Positions 10,414-20,503 of a DNA stretch of 41,584 nucleotides are shown piece by piece; positions within the stretch are counted from its first letter, which is position 1, and the number at the start of each line of letters is the position of its first letter. Source of the DNA: an uncultured Clostridia bacterium (GTDB lineage Bacteria > Bacillota > Clostridia > Oscillospirales > Ruminococcaceae); assembly GCA_947584825.1 (NCBI GenBank), contig CANPWR010000001.1, positions 1 to 41,584 on the forward strand. The letters are read 5' to 3'. The notes below the pieces were generated by a model, which did not search any database, was not told the DNA's origin, and saw only the letters and a program-made list of their open reading frames with translations. The translations under genes were made by a program, and so were the position numbers.

Positions 10414-13209
10414 TTATTTAGAAATAACACTGTGACATCTGTCGCAAAGTGTAGGATGATCATCGTATGTGCCGACAGTTTCAGAGAACTTCCAACATCT
10501 TTCGCATTTTTCTCCCGTTGCTTTTACAACGTCAATTGATACTCCGTCAAGCTCGCCTTTGAATTCACCCTCGCCGTCTTTAAGCTCAACCTTTGAAACA
10601 ATAAATATTTCAGGAAGTTCATCTGCAAACTTATAGATAGATTTTTGCATATCTCCATCGGCATGCAAGATAACGTCTGCCTCTAATGACTTACCAATAA
10701 CCTTATCTGCTCTCTTGATTTCAAGTGCTTTCTTGACATCTTCTCTTAATGCGGCAATCAAATCCCATTTTTCTGTAAAGCCGGCATCAATTTTAATACC
10801 CGACTTTTCAGGCATATCATTTAAAAATACGCTCTTTGCATTATCGCCTGCAGAATGTGGTATATAACTCCATATCTCGTCAGCAGTAAAGGACATAATA
10901 GGTGCAATAAGTCTGGTAATAGCACTTAATATCCTGTACATTGCTGTCTGTGCAGCTTTTCTAGAAACTGAATCAACATCATCACAGTACAATCTGTCCT
11001 TTATTATATCAAGATAAAAGTTCGACATATCAATTACACAGAAGTTGTGAATTGCATGGAACACAATGTGATAATCAAAAGCACTATATGCAGCATTTAC
11101 CTTGTCAATAAGTTCATCAAGCTTTGTTAATGCCCATTTATCAAGTTCGAATAATTCATCGTCTGAGACGCCGTCCTTGTCAATATCAAATCCGTCGGCG
11201 TTTGATAAATTACCTAAAATAAATCTTGCTGTGTTTCTTATTTTTTTATAGGCATCGGAAAGCTGTGCAAGTATATCATTAGAAATTCTAATATCCGAAT
11301 GATAGTCGCTCGACGCCACCCAAAGTCTTAAAATGTCTGAACCGTATTTATCTGTAATTTCAGAAGGCTCAATGCCGTTTCCGAGAGACTTGTGCATAGT
11401 TTTGCCCTGACCGTCAACGACCCAGCCGTGAGTACATACAGTCTTATAGGGAGCCTCACCGTTGCATACAATTGATGTCAGCAAAGATGACTGGAACCAG
11501 CCTCTGTATTGGTCAGCTCCCTCAAGATATAAATCAGCAGGAGCGTTAAGATCCTCTCTTTCCTCTAAGACAGCCTTATGTGTAACTCCGCTGTCAAACC
11601 ACACGTCTAAAATGTCCATCTCTTTTTCAAAATCTGAACATCCGCACTCGCATTTAACACTTTCAGGAATGAAATCCTTAGCATCTTTTATATACCATGC
11701 GTCTGAGCCTTCTGCCCTGAACAGATCAGAAATTGCCTTAATTGTTTCATCATTGCAGATAGGCTTTCCGCAGTCCTTGCAGTAAACAACGGGAATAGGA
11801 ACTCCCCAGGTTCTTTGTCTGGAAATACACCAGTCAGAACGATCCTGTACCATTCCCTTAATTCTGTCCTCACCCCATTTCGGGATCCATTCAACCTTTT
11901 CGATTGCCTTAACTGTTTCATCCTTGAAGTTCTTAACAGAACAGAACCACTGCTCGGTAGCTCTAAAAAGAATAGGAGATTTACATCTCCAGCAATGAGG
12001 ATACTGGTGCTCAATGTTTTCTATAGCAAACAAAGCTCCTGTTTCCTTTAAATGCTCTGCTATAACTTGGTTAGCCTTGTCAGTTGTCAGACCTTCAAAC
12101 ATACCGGAATCCTTAGTTAAAACTCCCTTTCCGTCAACGCCGACAACTATACCTATATCATCATATTTTTTACATACTTCAAAGTCGTCTACACCATATC
12201 CCGGAGCAGTATGAACACAGCCTGTACCGCTTTCTAAAGTAACGTGATCACCAAGAATTACAGGAGACGGTCTGTTCATAAACGGGTGCTCGGTCTTGAT
12301 TCCTTCAAGATCGCTGCCCAAAAATTTAGCAATAATCTCATACTTTTCAATTCCTGCAGCTTCCATAGTTACAGGAACAAGGTATTCTGCCATTACATAA
12401 TTTTCACCGTTTTCTGCCTTTACAACAACATAGTCATAATTCGGTCCAAGACAAATAGCCAAGTTGCCCGGAAGAGTCCATGTTGTAGTTGTCCAAATAA
12501 CGAAATATGTGTTGTTTATATCTATTCCCTTTTCAGTAAATAGTCCCTTATCATCAGACACCTTAAACTTGACATAAATAGACTGGCACGGATCGTCTGA
12601 ATACTCTATTTCCGCTTCAGCCAGAGCCGTCTGACATTCAGGACACCAATAAACAGGTTTTAAACCCTTGTATACATAGCCCTTTTTAGCAAACTCGCCA
12701 AAGACTTCAACTTCTCTAGCCTCAAACTCAGGCTTTAAGGTTAGATAAGGATTGTCAAAATCACCTAACACGCCAAGTCTTTTAAACTGCTCTTTTTGAT
12801 TTTCCATAAAAGACAGTGCAAAATCCTTGCAGTGTTGTCTTAACTCAACAGGAGGAATCGCACCGTTTTCAACGCCTATAGACTTCATCGCTTTAAGCTC
12901 TATAGGAAGTCCATGAGTATCCCAGCCTGGCACATAGTGAGAACGAAAGCCGCTCATGTTCTTATACTTGACAATAATATCCTTGAGAACCTTGTTTAAT
13001 GCAGTTCCAAGGTGAATGTCGCCGTTTGCGTATGGAGGTCCGTCATGCAAAGTATAATTAGGCTTGCCCTCATTTTTCTTTATTATATCCTCATAAAGAT
13101 TTTCTTCGTCCCACTTTTTAAGCATCTCAGGCTCTCTTTTGGGAAGGTTTCCCCTCATAGGAAATTCAGTTTTAGGTAAATTCAACGAAGTGTTATAGTC
13201 CTGTGGCAT
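10414..13209 (-). CDS. ileS: Isoleucyl-tRNA synthetase
   Basis: 931 aa with a HIGH-type motif (HLGT), a KMSKS-type motif (KMHKS), a CP1 editing region and C-terminal CxxC...CxxC. AAGGAG SD upstream. divIVA-ileS synteny matches Bacillus. Confidence 0.97.
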   Translation of the reverse strand: MPQDYNTSLNLPKTEFPMRGNLPKREPEMLKKWDEENLYEDIIKKNEGKPNYTLHDGPPYANGDIHLGTALNKVLKDIIVKYKNMSGFRSHYVPGWDTHGLPIELKAMKSIGVENGAIPPVELRQHCKDFALSFMENQKEQFKRLGVLGDFDNPYLTLKPEFEAREVEVFGEFAKKGYVYKGLKPVYWCPECQTALAEAEIEYSDDPCQSIYVKFKVSDDKGLFTEKGIDINNTYFVIWTTTTWTLPGNLAICLGPNYDYVVVKAENGENYVMAEYLVPVTMEAAGIEKYEIIAKFLGSDLEGIKTEHPFMNRPSPVILGDHVTLESGTGCVHTAPGYGVDDFEVCKKYDDIGIVVGVDGKGVLTKDSGMFEGLTTDKANQVIAEHLKETGALFAIENIEHQYPHCWRCKSPILFRATEQWFCSVKNFKDETVKAIEKVEWIPKWGEDRIKGMVQDRSDWCISRQRTWGVPIPVVYCKDCGKPICNDETIKAISDLFRAEGSDAWYIKDAKDFIPESVKCECGCSDFEKEMDILDVWFDSGVTHKAVLEEREDLNAPADLYLEGADQYRGWFQSSLLTSIVCNGEAPYKTVCTHGWVVDGQGKTMHKSLGNGIEPSEITDKYGSDILRLWVASSDYHSDIRISNDILAQLSDAYKKIRNTARFILGNLSNADGFDIDKDGVSDDELFELDKWALTKLDELIDKVNAAYSAFDYHIVFHAIHNFCVIDMSNFYLDIIKDRLYCDDVDSVSRKAAQTAMYRILSAITRLIAPIMSFTADEIWSYIPHSAGDNAKSVFLNDMPEKSGIKIDAGFTEKWDLIAALREDVKKALEIKRADKVIGKSLEADVILHADGDMQKSIYKFADELPEIFIVSKVELKDGEGEFKGELDGVSIDVVKATGEKCERCWKFSETVGTYDDHPTLCDRCHSVISK

Positions 13210-13231
13210 TTATATAAAGTCTCCTTAATAA

Positions 13232-13972
13232 TCAGTTATTTTTTCCAAATTTCAAATCACCGTAATGACCTTCATCAGGAGTATACTTATTTCCTTCATA
13301 ATGGAAATTATCTTGTGCGCTGCTCTGAGCGGCAATCTCCTGAGCCTTGTCGATAATTGCTTTGCTTTCCTCAAGCTTCTTTTCTCTGGCTTCTTTTTCG
13401 GCAATGATCTGCTCTACCTCGTCCTCAGAAATCTCAGGAAGTTCCATAATAAGCTTTAACTGCTTATTATAAAGCTCGGTAAGCTGAGCCTTAAATCTTG
13501 TAACCTCAACCTTTAATTTTGCAAGGTTTTCGGCCTCCTGCTCACTTTGGATTTTAGATGATTTAATCCTGTATTCAGTCTTTTCGGTATTCTCTTTAAT
13601 CAGAATTTCACACTTAGCCTTGTGCTCACGAACGATCCTGTCACATTCCTCAGCACTCTGACGTGAAACAATTTCCTGCTCCTCACGTGCCTTGTTAAGT
13701 ATAGCCTCAGCTTCTGCTTTAGCTTCAGAAATAATCTTGTGACCTTGCTTTTGCGCACCCAGCAAAGCTTCTTTTATTGCGTCCTCATCGCTTCTGTATT
13801 CATTAATCTTTTCAACAAGCTTAATGATTTTAGCTTCACTTTCCTGATTCTGAGCTACCACATCAGCAAATGCCTTTGAAAGACCAAGAAGGTATTCATC
13901 AACATCTTCGGATTTATAGCCAAATGTTGCTTTTTCAAAGGTTTTTTCAGCTATATCGTTTGGATTAATCAT
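13232..13972 (-). CDS. divIVA: Cell-division/septum-site protein DivIVA
   Basis: N-terminal DivIVA domain (INPNDIAEKTFEKATFGYKSEDVDEYL) followed by a long coiled coil. Position in ylmE-sepF-ylmH-divIVA supports the call. Confidence 0.9.
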   Translation of the reverse strand: MINPNDIAEKTFEKATFGYKSEDVDEYLLGLSKAFADVVAQNQESEAKIIKLVEKINEYRSDEDAIKEALLGAQKQGHKIISEAKAEAEAILNKAREEQEIVSRQSAEECDRIVREHKAKCEILIKENTEKTEYRIKSSKIQSEQEAENLAKLKVEVTRFKAQLTELYNKQLKLIMELPEISEDEVEQIIAEKEAREKKLEESKAIIDKAQEIAAQSSAQDNFHYEGNKYTPDEGHYGDLKFGKNN

Positions 13973-13995
13973 ACTTTATCCTCCTAAATGATATA

Positions 13996-14781
13996 TTAAT
14001 CATATTTTTTAATCGTTATGTGTAAACGATTTTTCCTTGACAGTCCATCGACTGAACTTAACAAAAATTTTCCGTAACCGCGAATGGAAAAGTTAATACC
14101 TTCACACATTTCATAGCTGGGAGAAAAGACTTCCTCAAAATCTATAAAAACACCGTTAGTCTTTATAATATTAGACGCCTTTTCCCTGCTTTTATTTATA
14201 GCTAGTGCAATTACACTGTCTGCCCTTAACGATGCGACAGTTCCGCATATGTCAGAAAATTTTTGCTCCAAAGCAACATCTGATAAATCAAAACCGATCT
14301 CCGTCTTTACACCTATTCTACCAATCTTATGTATATTTTCAAGAATTAAAGGTAATATTTTGTCAACTGCAAATACAATTGCTTTTCCCTCAGATATGAT
14401 TATATCACCTATGCAATCTCTTGAGATTTTTAATGACATTAAGGCTCCAAGTACGTCACGGTGTGTCAAGATGTCACATTTTCTATATGTAAAGGTCAAT
14501 CCTTTTACAGGAAAATCACTATATTTTATTTCACTGTAAAGCGGAAACACGCCCAGAACAAGTCTGTTCGCATTTTCATACCCGCCATAAAAGCTATAAT
14601 TATCAAATTTCAGCGAATCAAGAACCAGTTTTGCTATTTTTGATTGACGGCAATCTAAGAAAAATGAAAATTTCTCAACATATTTCTCATTTGCGATGTT
14701 TACCCAATCAATTATTTTATCAACAAGCAAATGATCCGATTTTGATAAATTCTTTAAAAATGAGCTGTTAAACTCCTTCAT
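13996..14781 (-). CDS. ylmH: YlmH-like RNA-binding S4-domain protein
   Basis: 261 aa with a C-terminal S4-like segment (RADSVIALAINKSREKASNIIKTNGVFIDFEEV). It lies between sepF and divIVA. Its ATG overlaps the sepF stop (TAATG). Confidence 0.8.
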   Translation of the reverse strand: MKEFNSSFLKNLSKSDHLLVDKIIDWVNIANEKYVEKFSFFLDCRQSKIAKLVLDSLKFDNYSFYGGYENANRLVLGVFPLYSEIKYSDFPVKGLTFTYRKCDILTHRDVLGALMSLKISRDCIGDIIISEGKAIVFAVDKILPLILENIHKIGRIGVKTEIGFDLSDVALEQKFSDICGTVASLRADSVIALAINKSREKASNIIKTNGVFIDFEEVFSPSYEMCEGINFSIRGYGKFLLSSVDGLSRKNRLHITIKKYD

Positions 14782-15203
14782 TAAAAGCTATATCCGTTGT
14801 TTTCCAATTCGCTCATTAAATCAACGCCTGAAAATCCGACATTCTTCGGCATTATTGCAAAGGTCTTCTGTGCCATCATCTTAATGTCAGCGCCGTTTGC
14901 ATATGCAACTCCGGAAAGAAAGTCAAGTATTCTTTTAGCGTCCTCACTTCTAACCGTTTCAAGGTTAAGAAGAACGGTCTTCTGATCATTTAAATCATCG
15001 CCTATTGCTTTTACCTCAGAAAAATCTGTAGGTCTTGCAAGAACTATCTGCAATGTAGTTGTTGCAGCGATTTTTACCTCTCTATTTCTTCTGTCTCTGA
15101 TTTCTTCCGCTGTCATTTCTTCTTTCTCATAAATAGAATCATAACCATCAACGGTCTCATCGCTACCTATGAAAAGGTTCTTGAAGTTTTGCATAACACT
15201 CAT
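14781..15203 (-). CDS. sepF: Cell division protein SepF
   Basis: 140 aa with a SepF core (VLARPTDFSEVKAIGDDLNDQKTVLLNLE...ILDFLSGVAYA). Conserved position after ylmE. Confidence 0.9.
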   Translation of the reverse strand: MSVMQNFKNLFIGSDETVDGYDSIYEKEEMTAEEIRDRRNREVKIAATTTLQIVLARPTDFSEVKAIGDDLNDQKTVLLNLETVRSEDAKRILDFLSGVAYANGADIKMMAQKTFAIMPKNVGFSGVDLMSELENNGYSF

Positions 15204-15205
15204 TT

Positions 15206-15946
15206 TTATACCTCCAAATATTTTCTCGCCCCGAAGAGCTTTGTTCCTATTCTCACGAGATTAGAACCGTATTTGACGGCTTTAGTGTAATCTCCCGACA
15301 TACCAACAGATAGCACATTCATGTTGATACGATTTAATTTCTTTTGTCCTATTTCATGATAAAGCTCCTGCAAACTGCCGTAGATATGATCATCGGCATC
15401 AATCGGCGGTATAGCCATCAAGCCGTTAATTCTGACATTCTCAAGCTCTGTTATTCTCTTTGCAAGCTCCAGAACATTCTGCTTTGAAATACCACTTTTC
15501 GATAACTCATTACCGATATTGACTTCGATAAGTATATCCATAGTTTTATCATTTTTTCTAGCCTGTCTATCAATCTCAGAAGCCAGTTTAAAACTGTCAA
15601 CCGATTGAATCTGAGAAACATCATTGATAATATACTTTACTTTATTTGTCTGTAAATGTCCTATAAACTGTACCTCGCACGGCTTGTAGAAATCCTTCTT
15701 AGAAAGGTATTCCTGCACTCTGTTTTCGCCCAACAAATCGATACCCTGCTCAATGGCAAAGTTAATAAGTTCAGGCTCAACAGTCTTGGTAACAGCCATA
15801 ATTCGTATATTATCATCCTGATCTCTGTATTTAGACTTACTATCTTTTATATTATAACATATTTCTTTATAGTTTTCAACTAAATATTTAAATTTTTTAT
15901 CCTTATTCTGTATTTGAGTCGGTTGCTGTTCCTGAAGAGACTTCAT
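15206..15946 (-). CDS. ylmE: YggS/YlmE family PLP-binding (PLP homeostasis) protein
   Basis: Alanine-racemase-N-like fold signature (MAVTKT with the PLP Lys, GENRVQE, HLQTNKV, SVGMSGDY). The start is either ATG 15944-15946 or the GTG at 15952, downstream of a GAGGGGG SD. The 5' end overlaps the upstream gene by 44-50 nt. Confidence 0.88.
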   Translation of the reverse strand: MKSLQEQQPTQIQNKDKKFKYLVENYKEICYNIKDSKSKYRDQDDNIRIMAVTKTVEPELINFAIEQGIDLLGENRVQEYLSKKDFYKPCEVQFIGHLQTNKVKYIINDVSQIQSVDSFKLASEIDRQARKNDKTMDILIEVNIGNELSKSGISKQNVLELAKRITELENVRINGLMAIPPIDADDHIYGSLQELYHEIGQKKLNRINMNVLSVGMSGDYTKAVKYGSNLVRIGTKLFGARKYLEV

Positions 15947-17135
15947 CAGCACTAACCCCCTCTAATAAAATTTGATCATATAACAGAAGATAGCTGTCAT
16001 CAGATGTGTTCTTTGACAACACATAGTCATCGCCTTCATATATTACATCTATTTTCTTAAATGTAATTTGCTGTCCAAGCATTACATAGACGCCCTTTTG
16101 CTCTCCCTGAAATCTTATAGCTTCTCTTGGTATCTTAACACCGGTATACTCGTCGAAAATCAGTTCAGCATTATCAAACCTGTTGTTTAACACATTTTCG
16201 TCAAGCTCGTTACAGCTTAGAATTACAATGCTGTTATCAGTGCCGTCAATAGGCTTAATGCTGTCAACAGTAACATCGTAAACCTTATTAGACGAATTAA
16301 ATCTTATAGATAACCCATCATTAATAAGAAATTTATTGGTGTTTTTTATTATACCAAGAAACTTCCATTCATAGCTTTTTAAAAGCTTGCCTACTGTATT
16401 TTCAGTAACCTTCGGCTTAATGTCAAACAGCTTTTGAAGCTCATCAGTAGACATATTTTCTATATCCTCATAAGAAACTGTTGACTCATATCCGTCAACA
16501 GATTTAACAAAGTAACCCGCACTGTTTACCATAATACTATCAATAGGGTCCTCTACTTTGGAATTTAAATCATTAATTTCTGATTTTATCTGCTTTATTG
16601 CAGGTTTAAAATTTTCTTCTGTTCCTGTGACAATATTATATATATTCATAGTGTAAAGCAAATCATCACTATTAGAACATACAGATGAATAATCCTTTTG
16701 TTGAATCCTATTTGCAACATTCAGATAATCATTTTTAATTTTATTTCTGAGAGCCTCTGCCTGAACATAATTTGTTGTACCCGGACTCTGAGCTCTTTTT
16801 AAATCAGATAAAACAGTTTTCAGCCTCGACAATCTGTTTCTATAATAGATTTGATCCTCGTTACTGTAAACTCTTGCAACAGCCGAATTTTCTGAAACCT
16901 TAAGACCGTCATCATACAGATAATTTATAACTCCGCCGCTTGTATTGTCGTAATTAATAACCCGTTCATCACGCAAAAACATACCCTTGAAAGTTATATT
17001 TTCATTAACGGTATAGAGTACAGCTTCCTCAGTATCATGCGAATTATTTATCATAAATGCAATCTGACTTCCGACCATAATCATTATAAAAACAGATAAA
17101 GCAACGCCTAAAACTTTAACTGTAATTGAATTCAT
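15903..17135 (-). CDS. Membrane-anchored HlyD/membrane-fusion-protein-like protein, function unknown
   Basis: 410 aa with a single N-terminal TM (VLGVALSVFIMIMVGSQIAFMI), then a long extracytoplasmic region with a coiled-coil-like middle and a beta-rich C-terminus. I recall similar proteins being annotated as HlyD family adaptor subunits at this position in Clostridia. No transporter partner is adjacent. Confidence 0.5.
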   Translation of the reverse strand: MNSITVKVLGVALSVFIMIMVGSQIAFMINNSHDTEEAVLYTVNENITFKGMFLRDERVINYDNTSGGVINYLYDDGLKVSENSAVARVYSNEDQIYYRNRLSRLKTVLSDLKRAQSPGTTNYVQAEALRNKIKNDYLNVANRIQQKDYSSVCSNSDDLLYTMNIYNIVTGTEENFKPAIKQIKSEINDLNSKVEDPIDSIMVNSAGYFVKSVDGYESTVSYEDIENMSTDELQKLFDIKPKVTENTVGKLLKSYEWKFLGIIKNTNKFLINDGLSIRFNSSNKVYDVTVDSIKPIDGTDNSIVILSCNELDENVLNNRFDNAELIFDEYTGVKIPREAIRFQGEQKGVYVMLGQQITFKKIDVIYEGDDYVLSKNTSDDSYLLLYDQILLEGVSADEVSSGTATDSNTE

Positions 17136-17187
17136 TTTAAGCTAGGCTCCTAACGGAGCAACCTCCCCTTTTCTTTTGCAAACTTAC

Positions 17188-17424
17188 TTAATTATCGTTG
17201 TTTGAATCAAGCAGATTAATAGCCTTCGCCGGAACGATTGTGGAAATAGCGTGCTTATAGACAACATTTTGCTTTCCATCACATTCCAAAATTACAATAT
17301 AGCTGTCAAAACCGTGAACTAAACCCTTAAATTGAAATCCGTTTACCAAGAAAATTGTAACCGGAACTTTCTCTTTTCTTGCCTGATTTAAAAATACGTC
17401 CTGCAAATTCATTCCTTTGTTCAT
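17188..17424 (-). CDS. hfq: RNA chaperone Hfq
   Basis: 78 aa with Sm1/Sm2 motifs ([39 protein letters not shown]...[11 protein letters not shown]). It is downstream of miaA, as in the conserved mutL-miaA-hfq arrangement. AGGGAG SD upstream. Confidence 0.95.
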   Translation of the reverse strand: MNKGMNLQDVFLNQARKEKVPVTIFLVNGFQFKGLVHGFDSYIVILECDGKQNVVYKHAISTIVPAKAINLLDSNNDN

Positions 17425-17535
17425 GTAATATCTCCCTTTCTATTTGAAAATAAATAAATACAAATAAAATTTATATGCTTTTTAAGTCATTAATGAGAAA
17501 GCAAAAAGCAATTTGAATATACCAAAATTATTATA

Positions 17536-18477
17536 TCACAGTTTTATACATTTGGCTATATAAATTTTTGCTTTTTCTAAAATTTCTTCTAAATTATTGT
17601 ATTTATCAACTTCAATCCAAAAAATGCGCTCATCACGTCTGAACCATGTAAGCTGACGCTTTGCATAGCGTCTTGTTTCAAGCTTTATCTTTTCAATACA
17701 ATCTTCAAGAGGAGCTTGTCCCGAGAAATAAGGAATTAGCTCTTTATAACCAATTGCCTGATGTGCTGTATTAAGAGACTTATTTTTATAAATATCCTCT
17801 GCCTCATTTAACAGACCCTCAGAAATCATAATATCTACTCGGTTATTTATTCTATCGTAAAGAAGCTGCCTGTCTGAGAAAGTAAGTCCTATCATTACAG
17901 GTTCGAACCTCGATTTTTCTAGCCTGCTCGCCCTTTTATGTTCTGAGAGCTTTTCTCCCGTCTTTTCATAAACCTCTAATGCTCTTATAACTCTTGAAAC
18001 ATTGTTTTCGTGTACTTGTGAAGCAGTAACCTCATCGACCTCAAAAAGTCTTTCCCAAAGATAATGATTTCCCTTTTCCTTTGCCAGATCAAAAAGCTTT
18101 TCTCTTAACTCTTTATCTCCTGTTGTATCATCAAATTTAATATTATCTATAAGAGAGTTTATATATAATCCTGTTCCTCCTGCCAGAATTGGCAGTTTCC
18201 CTCTGCCCGCAATATCATCAATAGCATTGTTAGCAAGCCTTACATAATCCGCTACGCTGAAGTCTGTTTCAGGCTCTAAAAAGTCGATAAGATGATGCTT
18301 TATACCCTGCATTTCACTGTCTGAAGGCTTTGCTGTAAGTATATCCATACCCTTATATATCTGCATAGAGTCTGCTGAAACTACTTCTCCATTATATATC
18401 TTGGCTAATTCAACAGCCAATGCGGTTTTTCCTGAAGCGGTTGGTCCCAGAACTACTATAATAGGCTGTTTTGACAA
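17536..18477 (-). CDS. miaA: tRNA dimethylallyltransferase
   Basis: 313 aa with the P-loop GPTASGKT and SADSMQIYKGMDI. TTG start with AAGGAG upstream. Synteny with mutL and hfq supports the call. Confidence 0.93.
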   Translation of the reverse strand: MSKQPIIVVLGPTASGKTALAVELAKIYNGEVVSADSMQIYKGMDILTAKPSDSEMQGIKHHLIDFLEPETDFSVADYVRLANNAIDDIAGRGKLPILAGGTGLYINSLIDNIKFDDTTGDKELREKLFDLAKEKGNHYLWERLFEVDEVTASQVHENNVSRVIRALEVYEKTGEKLSEHKRASRLEKSRFEPVMIGLTFSDRQLLYDRINNRVDIMISEGLLNEAEDIYKNKSLNTAHQAIGYKELIPYFSGQAPLEDCIEKIKLETRRYAKRQLTWFRRDERIFWIEVDKYNNLEEILEKAKIYIAKCIKL

Positions 18478-18504
18478 TTAAAACTCTCCTTCTACAGTTT
18501 TGGT

Positions 18505-20472
18505 TTATACAATACGCTTGAACTGCTTTTCTATTTCTCTTTTTGATATTTTGGTACACACAGGTCTACCATGAGGACAATATCTGATATTCTCATCATC
18601 AAATATCTTGTCAATAAGACTTTGAAGCTCTATATTATCAGATTTTATATTACCCTTTATTGCCGCCTTGCAGGCTATCGAGTGATAAAGCTCGTCAAAG
18701 AGAGACAAATTCGGATTGTGGCGATGCTCCAAAAAGTTATGGGCAAGTTCTGTAACTATATCAGACGGATCAGTATCCTCAATTACAACAGGAACTCCTA
18801 TAACTTTGATTCTCGGTGACTGAGCCTCCTCTAAAATAAATCCAAATTGTTTGGCACTATCAAGATTAGAAATTATAGCATCGTATTCTTCATATGATAA
18901 CATAACCTCAACAGGCTCAAATAATATCTGAGAATCAAGTTTATCAGATTCATTCTTTATTTTCTCAAAGATATATCTTTCGTGTGCAGCGTGTTTATCA
19001 AAGAGGTACATATCACTGTCCTTTTCAACAATGACATATGTGTTGAAAATTTCTCCGATTACTCTGGGCTTTGATTTCTCATATTCATTTTTATCATTCT
19101 CAGTGTTATCAACTTTCTCAGTATTTTCTTCCCTCTTTGCAAAAGAGGAACTGTCCAAAAACTTGTAGTCTGCTAAATCCTTTGGCTCTTCGGGGGAAAG
19201 CTTTGATATATCATTATCTACATTCTCATTTATATTTTTATCTTCAAACTCGGATAAGTATTCAGTCTTAGGACACTCAACTCTGTTAAAATCCTCAGTG
19301 GGTCTTGAATACGTTTTAACTTGCAGATTATTATTTAAAACCTTTTCTGATCTTTCAATAACATCTGCTCTTTCTTTCTTATATGTTATAACTGTTTGAA
19401 CTCCGCTTTCAGGCTCACTTAATTGATGAAGCTCGTTATCGGAAAAATGCTTTTCGCTTTTAATCTCAAGCTCTTTAGGAGAAGAATCCTGAAGCAGAGC
19501 GTTCTTAACAGCAAAATAAACACTTTCGTATATCATTTTCTCATTTGAAAATTTAACCTCAATTTTTGCAGGATGCACATTAACATCTACTAAACTAGGA
19601 GGGATTTCCAGACACAGCACACACGCAGGAAATTTTCCTGTCATAATCTGATTTTTATAAGCCTCCTCAAGAGAAACCATACAGGTAACTGATTTTACGT
19701 ATCTGTTATTTATAAAAAAGTTCTGGAATGTTCTCTTTGCCTTTGCATCAAGGGGTTTAACAGTGTATCCCTTAACGGTTATTCCGTTATACGAATAATC
19801 AACAGGAATAAGAGTATTCGCAAAAGCCTTACCAAAGACCGAGTAAATAGCTGAATACAATTTGCCGTCCCCTGCAGTTACAAGCTCAGTTTTATTGTCA
19901 CGAATAAACTTAAACGAAATTTCAGGGTGAGATAAAGCCAATTTTGATACAACACCCGAAACAGCGTTCCCTTCAGTGACATCCTTCTTTAGAAATTTCA
20001 GCCTTGCAGGAACATTATAAAAAATGTCTCTTATTACTATAGTTGTTCCGTCCGGACAACCGGATTTTTCATTTACTTTTTCCTCAGAACCCTCAATAAC
20101 ATAATGTGTACCGTAATCACTATCTATTACCTTTGATAATACCTCTGTTTTCGACACAGCACAAATTGAAGCTAGAGCCTCTCCGCGAAATCCAAGAGTC
20201 AGTATTTTATCAAGATCGTCCTTTGAAGTTATCTTGCTTGTAGCGTGCCTTAGAAAAGCCGTAGGAATATCATCAGAAGATATTCCGCAGCCGTTGTCTG
20301 TGACTCTCATATATGTGCGTCCGCCGTTTTTAATTTCGATAGTTATGACATTCGCACCCGAATCTATTGAATTTTCCAAAAGCTCCTTAATAACCGATGA
20401 CGGACGCTCAATAACTTCGCCAGCTGCTATCAGCTCAGAAACTTCCCTTGTCAAAACATTTATCTTAGGCAT
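18505..20472 (-). CDS. mutL: DNA mismatch repair protein MutL
   Basis: 655 aa with a GHKL ATPase N-terminus (IAAGEVIERPSSVIKELLENSIDSGA, DNGCGI), a C-terminal dimerisation/endonuclease region and a terminal CPHGRP motif. Confidence 0.96.
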   Translation of the reverse strand: MPKINVLTREVSELIAAGEVIERPSSVIKELLENSIDSGANVITIEIKNGGRTYMRVTDNGCGISSDDIPTAFLRHATSKITSKDDLDKILTLGFRGEALASICAVSKTEVLSKVIDSDYGTHYVIEGSEEKVNEKSGCPDGTTIVIRDIFYNVPARLKFLKKDVTEGNAVSGVVSKLALSHPEISFKFIRDNKTELVTAGDGKLYSAIYSVFGKAFANTLIPVDYSYNGITVKGYTVKPLDAKAKRTFQNFFINNRYVKSVTCMVSLEEAYKNQIMTGKFPACVLCLEIPPSLVDVNVHPAKIEVKFSNEKMIYESVYFAVKNALLQDSSPKELEIKSEKHFSDNELHQLSEPESGVQTVITYKKERADVIERSEKVLNNNLQVKTYSRPTEDFNRVECPKTEYLSEFEDKNINENVDNDISKLSPEEPKDLADYKFLDSSSFAKREENTEKVDNTENDKNEYEKSKPRVIGEIFNTYVIVEKDSDMYLFDKHAAHERYIFEKIKNESDKLDSQILFEPVEVMLSYEEYDAIISNLDSAKQFGFILEEAQSPRIKVIGVPVVIEDTDPSDIVTELAHNFLEHRHNPNLSLFDELYHSIACKAAIKGNIKSDNIELQSLIDKIFDDENIRYCPHGRPVCTKISKREIEKQFKRIV

Positions 20473-20503
20473 TTTTATGACTACGCTCCGTTCAATAAAA
20501 TTA

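Noticed and set aside
15903-15952. The 44-50-nt overlap between the HlyD-like gene and ylmE as a possible frameshift or pseudogene junction.
   Set aside because: Both ORFs are full length with intact conserved motifs. A strong SD (GAGGGGG) precedes the ylmE start. This looks like ordinary translational coupling.
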